From assembly GCF_055900595.2 (NCBI RefSeq), contig NZ_CM148325.1: 64,000 nucleotides of DNA; one strand, given 5' to 3'. Numbering within the stretch: position 1 is the stretch's first letter; every line of letters begins with the position of its first letter. The position numbers were made by a program, and so were the translations under genes. Below, piece by piece: positions 56,739 to 64,000 of this stretch. The notes below the pieces were generated by a model, which saw only the letters and a list, made by a program, of their open reading frames with translations, was not told where the DNA came from and ran no database searches.

Positions 56739-57595
56739 TATTGACCTACGGCAATGCTACAGGTGGTGCCCGACACCAGCGTGACATCGCCTGGGACTTT
56801 ATCCAGCGCAAAGCGGACCGGAACACGTTGGGCGAGGCGAACCCAGGGGACGTTAGGTTTCACATCCGGAATAAGGCTTGAGTCACTTTCAACGCTCTGA
56901 TCATAAATCGCCCGACCGATACTGGAAACGTGACCCTGTAACGTTTTGTTATCACTATAGAGGGTAATTTGTGCTGGTGCACCTTCGCGGATATGGCGCA
57001 ACTTGGTTTCTTCAAAATAACCAATGACGTAAAACGAGTGGCTATCGACAAGAGCAAACAGCGGTTTCCCGGTGTCAGCGTAATCGCCGATGCGGGTAGT
57101 AAGATTAGTCACCCATCCGCTCACCGGGGCGCTAATTTCCGTTTGCGCCAGTTGCCATTGTGCCTGTTTCAACGTCGCCTGTGCGGCATCAACACTGGCC
57201 TGCATCGCTTTAACATTGAGGTTAGCGGTATCGAGTTCTTCGGCAGAAATAAAATTTTGTGAGAGATGACGACGACGATTCGCTTCGTTATTGGCTTTTG
57301 CGAGGTCAGATTGCGCTTTCGCCAGCTGAGCCTGTGCGTTGAGCTCGGCGATCTGAAAGGGCGTTTTATCGATCGTGAGCAGAAGATCCCCCGCGTTAAC
57401 CAGCTGGTTGTCTTTTATATTCAGCTCAACAATACGTCCCGACACCTGTGGGGTGATAGAAACCTGTTCTGCGCGTATTTTCCCGTCGCGTGTCCACGGA
57501 GATTGCATGTAATAATTCCACAGCCACCATCCGGCAAGAACCGCAACTACCGCTACAATGATTGTTGAGAAATACTTAATTGTTTTAATTGACAT
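56738..57595 (-). CDS. ydhJ: HlyD-family membrane fusion protein (285 aa from MSIKTIKYF)
   Basis: N-terminal TM, coiled-coil region and beta-barrel segment typical of membrane fusion proteins; 1-nt overlap with ydhK. Confidence 0.85.
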   Translation of the reverse strand: MSIKTIKYFSTIIVAVVAVLAGWWLWNYYMQSPWTRDGKIRAEQVSITPQVSGRIVELNIKDNQLVNAGDLLLTIDKTPFQIAELNAQAQLAKAQSDLAKANNEANRRRHLSQNFISAEELDTANLNVKAMQASVDAAQATLKQAQWQLAQTEISAPVSGWVTNLTTRIGDYADTGKPLFALVDSHSFYVIGYFEETKLRHIREGAPAQITLYSDNKTLQGHVSSIGRAIYDQSVESDSSLIPDVKPNVPWVRLAQRVPVRFALDKVPGDVTLVSGTTCSIAVGQ

Positions 57596-57597
57596 AG

Positions 57598-57834
57598 TTA
57601 CCACGCATTCAGTATTGCCAGGGAAAGGCAAACGCAAATCGCAAACAGCGATAAATCCATTAACAAGGGATGCCAGATGTCACCGGCGTAGATCCAGCCA
57701 CGAAGCAGGCGGTGTACGACAAGCCAGATGACGAATCCAAACGCGAAGGCTTTGAAAAACGGAGGAAAGTAGACGGACGCACCGAACACCAGATCTTGTA
57801 AGGGCAATCCTGTTGCATTGAGCATAAACTTCAC
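57598..57834 (-). CDS. ydhI: DUF1656 small membrane protein, AaeX-like (78 aa)
   Basis: Two-TM 78-aa ORF directly upstream of ydhJ. Confidence 0.8.
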   Translation of the reverse strand: MKFMLNATGLPLQDLVFGASVYFPPFFKAFAFGFVIWLVVHRLLRGWIYAGDIWHPLLMDLSLFAICVCLSLAILNAW

Positions 57835-58006
57835 AAAGTAGATTCCTTTACGACCGAATATATTGCGTTAGATTAATAAATATTCTTTAAGTGCGAAAAA
57901 TTTACGCGCAATTTCTGAAAAATATGTCTGACGGTAACCAAATGCAGCAATACATTTGTTTTAGCAATACAATTGCTGCACACTATTCTAAAAGCCGCAT
58001 AATATC

Positions 58007-58018
58007 TTAGCAAGCTAA
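58007..58018. promoter_or_regulatory. SlyA binding site, perfect palindrome TTAGCAAGCTAA
   Basis: Exact 12-bp palindrome matching the SlyA consensus, 11 bp upstream of the slyA ATG; a second inverted repeat agcaat-acaa-ttgct lies at 57962-57976. Confidence 0.8.
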
Positions 58019-58028
58019 TTATAAGGAG

Positions 58029-58469
58029 ATGAAATTGGAATCGCCACTAGGTTCTGATCTGGCACGGTTGGTGCGCATATGGCGTGCTCTGATAGACCAT
58101 CGCCTGAAACCGCTGGAGTTAACACAAACCCATTGGGTTACGTTACACAATATCCATCAGTTACCTCCAGACCAGTCGCAAATTCAACTGGCAAAAGCGA
58201 TTGGCATCGAGCAGCCATCACTGGTCCGTACTCTGGACCAACTGGAAGAAAAAGGGTTAATTTCGCGTCAAACTTGTGCCAGCGATCGTCGGGCTAAACG
58301 TATTAAACTGACGGAAAAGGCAGAGCCGCTGATCAGCGAAATGGAAGCTGTTATTAACAAAACCCGCGCGGAAATTTTACATGGCATCTCCGCAGAGGAA
58401 CTGGAACAACTGATTAAGCTCATCGCAAAACTTGAGCATAATATCATTGAGTTACAGGCCAAAGGGTGA
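58029..58469 (+). CDS. slyA: MarR-family transcriptional regulator SlyA (about 144-146 aa; start codon ambiguous between ATG 58029 and a nearby TTG)
   Basis: [39 protein letters not shown]... recognised. Confidence 0.95.
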
Positions 58470-58515
58470 AATGAAGGGGGCGTGTGGTCAGTAACCTGAC
58501 CACACGCAAACTTAT

Positions 58516-58983
58516 TTAGCGCGGGGAAACGGTCACCTGACTGCCATTGCTGGCCAGTACGACACGTTGGCCCGGAGAGAAACGAGTGTTGCCTTGTTTC
58601 TGTACCACCATGATGGTATTACCATCGTCTTTACGAATTTCCAGCTCGACACCCTGCGTTTTGTTCATTGCACTCTGTACGCCCTGACCGGCTACGCCAC
58701 CTGCAACAGCGCCTGCTGCAGTAGCCAGAGAACGCCCGGTTCCGCCACCAACAGTATTCCCCAGGAAACCACCAAGAACAGCACCGCCAATTGCGCCGAT
58801 AACGTTGGAATCATCACCGCCCTGAATCTGTACCGGACGTACGTTAACGATGGTGCCATAGCTGACATTCTGTACTTGTTTCGCTTCAGAAGCGGTATAA
58901 ACATCCCCTGACAGGGTGTCGTTATTAACACAACCGACAAGAGACAGACCTACCATTGAAACAACCAATACGCGTTTAATCAT
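58516..58983 (-). CDS. slyB: outer membrane lipoprotein SlyB, glycine-zipper (155 aa)
   Basis: Lipobox LVGC; Gly-rich repeats (GAIGGAVLGGFLGNTVGGGTG). Confidence 0.95.
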   Translation of the reverse strand: MIKRVLVVSMVGLSLVGCVNNDTLSGDVYTASEAKQVQNVSYGTIVNVRPVQIQGGDDSNVIGAIGGAVLGGFLGNTVGGGTGRSLATAAGAVAGGVAGQGVQSAMNKTQGVELEIRKDDGNTIMVVQKQGNTRFSPGQRVVLASNGSQVTVSPR

Positions 58984-59256
58984 TGAAAAATCTCCTGTTC
59001 ACCATGAAACGCCACGCAAGCATCCCTCATGGTCAAAGTATATGGCATATGTGAATCCATGGTTACATGTTCTACCAAATATGAGCAAATCATAATGAAA
59101 GTAGGATCAACCAATTATAAACAAAACATTCATGATGATTATTGATTTGAAGATAATGTTTTACTACCAACGGTAAAAATCGGTCATTCCGCATGGTATT
59201 CACGAAAAGTTTATGTTTGAGTGGTGCGCAAACGTCAGATTGAAAAAGGATGAACT

Positions 59257-60366
59257 ATGAAATCGGGCCGCTTTATTGGCGTTATGTCAGGCACCAGCCT
59301 TGATGGTGTTGATGTTGTGTTGGCGACAATTGATGAACACCGGGTCGCACAGCTGGCAAGTTTGAGCTGGCCGATCCCGGTGTCTCTGAAACAGGCTGTA
59401 CTGGATATTTGCCAGGGCCAGCAGCTTACACTTTCGCAGTTTGGACAGCTTGATACTCAACTCGGGCGACTTTTTGCTGATGCGGTCAATGCCTTGCTTA
59501 AGGAACAAAACCTGCAGGCGAGAGATATCGTTGCGATCGGCTGTCACGGTCAAACCGTCTGGCATGAACCGACGGGCGTGGCACCACACACTTTACAGAT
59601 TGGCGATAACAATCAAATTGTGGCACGCACCGGAATTACGGTTGTCGGTGATTTTCGCCGTCGCGATATTGCCTTGGGAGGACAAGGCGCACCGCTGGTA
59701 CCTGCGTTCCATCATGCGCTGCTGGCCCACCCAACCGAGCGACGAATGGTGCTCAATATTGGTGGCATCGCCAATCTGTCACTGCTCATTCCTGGGCAGC
59801 CGGTAGGGGGCTACGATACCGGCCCTGGTAACATGCTGATGGATGCCTGGATCTGGCGTCAGGCAGGTAAACCTTACGATAAAGATGCCGAGTGGGCACG
59901 GGCGGGTAAAGTTATTCTCCCACTGCTGCAAAATATGCTCAGCGACCCATATTTCTCGCAACCCGCACCGAAAAGCACCGGACGCGAATACTTTAACTAC
60001 GGCTGGCTGGAGCGCCATTTGTGCCATTTTCCGGGTGTTGATCCCCGAGATGTACAGGCGACACTGGCAGAACTCACCGCCGTGACCATTTCTGAACAAG
60101 TTTTGTTGAGCGGTGGCTGCGAACGATTGATGGTATGTGGTGGAGGAAGTCGTAATCCGCTACTCATGGCGCGTCTGGCGGCATTACTGCCAGGCACAGA
60201 AGTCACCACCACCGATGCCGTTGGCATTAGTGGCGATGACATGGAAGCATTGGCTTTCGCCTGGCTTGCCTGGCGGACGCTGGCGGGATTACCAGGAAAT
60301 CTGCCTTCCGTCACTGGCGCAAGCCAGGAGACGGTACTGGGGGCTATTTTCCCCGCTAACCCGTGA
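59257..60366 (+). CDS. anmK: anhydro-N-acetylmuramic acid kinase (369 aa)
   Basis: [28 protein letters not shown]... recognised. Confidence 0.95.
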   Translation: MKSGRFIGVMSGTSLDGVDVVLATIDEHRVAQLASLSWPIPVSLKQAVLDICQGQQLTLSQFGQLDTQLGRLFADAVNALLKEQNLQARDIVAIGCHGQTVWHEPTGVAPHTLQIGDNNQIVARTGITVVGDFRRRDIALGGQGAPLVPAFHHALLAHPTERRMVLNIGGIANLSLLIPGQPVGGYDTGPGNMLMDAWIWRQAGKPYDKDAEWARAGKVILPLLQNMLSDPYFSQPAPKSTGREYFNYGWLERHLCHFPGVDPRDVQATLAELTAVTISEQVLLSGGCERLMVCGGGSRNPLLMARLAALLPGTEVTTTDAVGISGDDMEALAFAWLAWRTLAGLPGNLPSVTGASQETVLGAIFPANP

Positions 60367-60463
60367 TATCAGAGTTAACTGAATTTTTCTTACCGCGTCT
60401 GCCGTTACACTTGGAACGTTAGGGAGGGCGTATTGCCCTCCAGACCAGGAAAGTCTTCGGGAT

Positions 60464-60793
60464 ATGTCTATGAAAAAACTGTTACTGATCTGTTTGCCGG
60501 TCCTTCTCACCGGCTGTAGCGCGTTCAATCAACTGGTTGAGCGCATGCAAACCGATACGCTGGAATACCAGTGTGATGAAAAACCGTTGACGGTCAAACT
60601 GAATAATCCGCGCCAGGAAGTCAGTTTTGTTTACGATAATCAACTACTGCATCTCAAACAGGGCATTTCTGCGTCTGGTGCACGTTACACCGACGGGATC
60701 TATGTTTTCTGGTCGAAAGGCGAGGAAGCGACTGTCTATAAACGCGACCGCATCGTCTTGAATAACTGTCAGTTACAAAATCCACAGCGTTGA
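60464..60793 (+). CDS. mliC: membrane-bound lysozyme inhibitor of C-type lysozyme, lipoprotein (109 aa)
   Basis: Lipobox LTGC; 109 aa; synteny anmK-mliC-pdxH. Confidence 0.9.
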   Translation: MSMKKLLLICLPVLLTGCSAFNQLVERMQTDTLEYQCDEKPLTVKLNNPRQEVSFVYDNQLLHLKQGISASGARYTDGIYVFWSKGEEATVYKRDRIVLNNCQLQNPQR

Positions 60794-60851
60794 GATTTTT
60801 CCAGGGGCGGCGCACAATAGCGTCACCCACTGACAATCCGTAAAGAAAACC

Positions 60852-61508
60852 ATGTCTGATAACGACGAATTGCAGCAAATCGCGCATCTGCGCCGTGAAT
60901 ACACCAAAGGCGGATTACGCCGCCGCGATCTTCCCGCCGATCCATTAACCCTTTTTGAACGCTGGCTCTCTCAGGCGTGTGAAGCCAAACTGGCGGACCC
61001 TACCGCGATGGTGGTCGCTACCGTGGATGAACATGGTCAGCCTTATCAGCGCATCGTTTTACTCAAACATTACGACGAAAAAGGCATGGTGTTTTACACC
61101 AACCTCGGCAGCCGTAAAGCACATCAAATCGAAAATAATCCGCGCGTTAGCCTGCTGTTCCCGTGGCATACCCTTGAGCGCCAGGTGATGGTGATCGGTA
61201 AAGCGGAACGACTTTCGACTCTCGAAGTGATGAAATATTTTCATAGTCGCCCACGTGATAGCCAGATTGGTGCATGGGTTTCGAAGCAGTCCAGTCGCAT
61301 TTCTGCCCGCGGTATCCTTGAAAGTAAATTCCTGGAGCTGAAGCAGAAGTTTCAACAGGGCGAAGTGCCATTGCCGAGTTTTTGGGGCGGTTTTCGCGTC
61401 AGCCTTGAACAGATTGAGTTCTGGCAGGGCGGTGAGCATCGCCTGCATGACCGCTTTTTGTACCAGCGTGAAAATGATGCGTGGAAGATTGATCGTCTTG
61501 CCCCCTGA
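60852..61508 (+). CDS. pdxH: pyridoxine/pyridoxamine 5'-phosphate oxidase (218 aa)
   Basis: [38 protein letters not shown]... recognised. Confidence 0.95.
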
Positions 61509-61636
61509 AAAGATGCAAAAATCTTGCTTTAATCGCTGGTACTCCTGATTCTGGCACTTTATTCTATGTCTCTTTCGCATCTGGCGAAAAGTCGTGTACC
61601 GGCAAAGGTGCAGTCGTTATATACATGGAGATTTTG

Positions 61637-62911
61637 ATGGCAAGCAGTAACTTGATTAAACAATTGCAAGAGCGGGGGCTGGTAGCCCAGGTGACGGACG
61701 AGGAAGCGTTAGCAGAGCGACTGGCGCAAGGCCCGATCGCGCTCTATTGCGGCTTCGATCCTACCGCTGACAGCTTGCATTTGGGGCATCTTGTTCCATT
61801 GTTATGCCTGAAACGCTTCCAGCAGGCGGGCCACAAGCCGGTTGCGCTGGTAGGCGGCGCGACGGGTCTGATTGGCGACCCGAGCTTCAAAGCTGCCGAG
61901 CGTAAGCTGAACACCGAAGAAACTGTTCAGGAGTGGGTGGACAAAATCCGCAAGCAGGTTGCCCCGTTCCTCGATTTCGACTGTGGAGAAAACTCTGCTA
62001 TCGCGGCGAACAACTATGACTGGTTCGGCAATATGAATGTGTTGACCTTCCTGCGCGATATTGGCAAACACTTCTCCGTCAACCAGATGATCAACAAAGA
62101 AGCGGTTAAGCAGCGTCTCAACCGTGAAGATCAGGGGATTTCGTTCACCGAGTTTTCCTACAACCTGTTGCAGGGTTATGACTTCGCCTGTCTGAACAAA
62201 CAGTACGGTGTCGTGCTGCAAATCGGGGGTTCTGACCAGTGGGGTAACATCACTTCTGGTATCGACCTGACCCGTCGTCTGCATCAGAATCAGGTGTTTG
62301 GCCTGACCGTTCCGCTGATCACCAAAGCAGACGGCACCAAATTTGGTAAAACTGAAGGCGGCGCAGTCTGGTTGGATCCGAAGAAAACCAGTCCGTACAA
62401 ATTCTACCAGTTCTGGATCAACACTGCGGATGCGGACGTTTACCGCTTCCTGAAGTTCTTCACCTTCATGAGCATTGAAGAGATCAATGCCCTCGAAGAA
62501 GAAGATAAAAACAGCGGTAAAGCTCCGCGCGCTCAGTATGTTCTGGCGGAGCAGGTGACACGTTTGGTGCACGGTGAAGAAGGTTTGCAGGCAGCAAAAC
62601 GTATTACCGAATGTCTGTTCAGTGGTTCCTTGAGTGCGCTGAGTGAAGCGGACTTCGAACAGCTGGCGCAGGACGGCGTACCGATGGTTGAGATGGAAAA
62701 AGGTGCAGACCTGATGCAGGCGCTGGTCGATTCCGAACTGCAACCTTCCCGTGGTCAGGCGCGTAAAACTATCGCCTCCAATGCCATCACCATTAACGGT
62801 GAAAAACAGTCCGATCCTGAATACTTCTTTAAAGAAGAAGATCGTCTGTTTGGTCGTTTTACCTTACTGCGTCGCGGCAAAAAGAATTACTGTCTGATTT
62901 GCTGGAAATAA
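61637..62911 (+). CDS. tyrS: tyrosyl-tRNA synthetase (424 aa from [15 protein letters not shown])
   Basis: HIGH motif (HLGHL) and KMSKS-type motif (KFGKT); ATG at 61637 inside ORF 61625..62911. Confidence 0.95.
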
Positions 62912-62969
62912 TGCATTAAGTGGAAAGGGGGAGTGAGAAATCACTCCCCCTGGTTTTTATACAGGGAAC

Positions 62970-63833
62970 ATGATGAAAAATATTCTCGCTATCCAGTCTC
63001 ACGTTGTTTATGGTCATGCGGGTAACAGTGCGGCAGAGTTTCCGATGCGCCGCCTGGGCGCGAACGTCTGGCCGTTGAACACCGTTCAATTTTCTAATCA
63101 CACTCAATACGGCAAATGGACTGGCTGCGTGATGCCGCCCAGCCATTTAACCGAAATTGTGCAAGGCATTGCCGCCATTGATAAATTACACACCTGTGAT
63201 GCCGTATTAAGTGGCTATCTGGGTTCGGCGGAGCAGGGTGAACATATCCTCGGTATCGTTCGTCAGGTGAAAGCAGCGAATCCGCAGGCGAAATATTTTT
63301 GCGATCCGGTAATGGGTCATCCGGAAAAAGGCTGTATCGTTGCACCGGGTGTCGCAGAGTTTCATGTGCGTCACGGTTTGCCTGCCAGCGATATCATTGC
63401 GCCGAATCTGGTTGAGCTGGAGATACTCTGTGAGCATCCGGTAAATAACGTCGAAGAAGCGGTTCTGGCAGCGCGTGAACTCATTGCGCAAGGGCCACAA
63501 ATTGTGTTGGTTAAACACCTGGCGCGGGCTGGCTACAGCCGTGACCGTTTTGAAATGCTGCTGGTTACCGCTGATGAAGCCTGGCATATCAGCCGTCCGC
63601 TGGTGGATTTTGGTATGCGCCAACCGGTAGGTGTCGGTGATGTGACGAGCGGTTTACTGCTGGTGAAACTGCTTCAGGGGGCAACGCTGCAGGAGGCCCT
63701 GGAACATGTGACCGCTGCAGTATACGAAATCATGGTGACCACCAAAGCAATGCAGGAATATGAGCTGCAAGTGGTTGCTGCTCAGGATCGTATTGCCAAA
63801 CCAGAACATTATTTCAGCGCAACAAAGCTCTGA
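62970..63833 (+). CDS. pdxY: pyridoxal kinase 2 (287 aa)
   Basis: [34 protein letters not shown]... recognised. Confidence 0.95.
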   Translation: MMKNILAIQSHVVYGHAGNSAAEFPMRRLGANVWPLNTVQFSNHTQYGKWTGCVMPPSHLTEIVQGIAAIDKLHTCDAVLSGYLGSAEQGEHILGIVRQVKAANPQAKYFCDPVMGHPEKGCIVAPGVAEFHVRHGLPASDIIAPNLVELEILCEHPVNNVEEAVLAARELIAQGPQIVLVKHLARAGYSRDRFEMLLVTADEAWHISRPLVDFGMRQPVGVGDVTSGLLLVKLLQGATLQEALEHVTAAVYEIMVTTKAMQEYELQVVAAQDRIAKPEHYFSATKL

Positions 63834-63845
63834 AATATCTCATTT

Positions 63846-63869
63846 CGGCCCACAACAACCTGTGGGCCG
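63846..63869. terminator. intergenic hairpin between convergent pdxY and gstA
   Basis: cggcccaca-acaacc-tgtgggccg, a 9-bp perfect stem; flanking U-tracts are weak. Confidence 0.45.
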
Positions 63870-63876
63870 ATAGCTA

Positions 63877-64000
63877 TTACTTTAAGCCTTCCGCTGACAG
63901 CGCGTCTTGTACTTCCGGACGTTCAGCCATACGTTGCATAAATGCCGCGATGTGCTCTAACCCTTCCAGATTCAGTTTCACCGCGTATGCCCAGCGCAGA
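63877..64000 (-). CDS. gstA: glutathione S-transferase, C-terminal fragment; 5' part lies beyond the window
   Basis: Minus-strand frame ends ...[10 protein letters not shown] at 63877; convergent with pdxY. Confidence 0.8.

Noticed and set aside
58984-59256. Searched the slyB upstream region for a PhoP box (TGTTTA-N5-TGTTTA direct repeat)
   Set aside because: Only a partial, imperfect match was seen (tgaatg-ttttg-tttata on the minus strand), so I could not place the site confidently.

Overview
The window reads as a contiguous, syntenic stretch of Escherichia coli core chromosome (K-12-like), in reverse orientation to standard K-12 numbering. Gene order: ydiP' - ydiO - ydiF - aroD - ydiB - ydiN - ydiM - ydiL - rprA - ydiK - ydiJ - menI - ydiH - sufABCDSE - ldtE - lpp - pykF - fumD - ydhY/V/W/X/U/T - ydhS - ydhR - tRNA-Val x2 - ydhQ - mdtK - ribC - cfa - punC - punR - purR - ynhF - ydhP - sodB - mepH - grxD - lhr - rnt - gloA - nemA - nemR - ydhL - ydhF - sodC - ydhKJI - slyA - slyB - anmK - mliC - pdxH - tyrS - pdxY - gstA'. 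Gene calls rest on recognising the translated ORFs and their synteny; no database search was run and no base-by-base comparison to a reference was possible. I found no prophage, IS element, integron, CRISPR array or foreign island; every ORF larger than about 60 aa on the coding strands is accounted for by a known gene. The most notable sequence-level observation is that ydhV, the aldehyde-ferredoxin-oxidoreductase-family subunit of the FNR-controlled ydhYVWXUT cluster, is split into two ORFs by a 1-nt frame disruption at a T5 run (25312-25316). Other points worth a second look are two Fur-box-like motifs and a strong hairpin terminator in the ydiH-sufA intergenic region (probable rydB locus), a structured repeat-like element between ydiK and ydiJ, the small ORF ynhF missing from the ORF track, and several exact palindromic operators (FNR, NemR, SlyA). 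I do not see evidence for a genuinely undescribed system; the least characterised modules present are ydhYVWXUT, ydhIJK and ydiJ.
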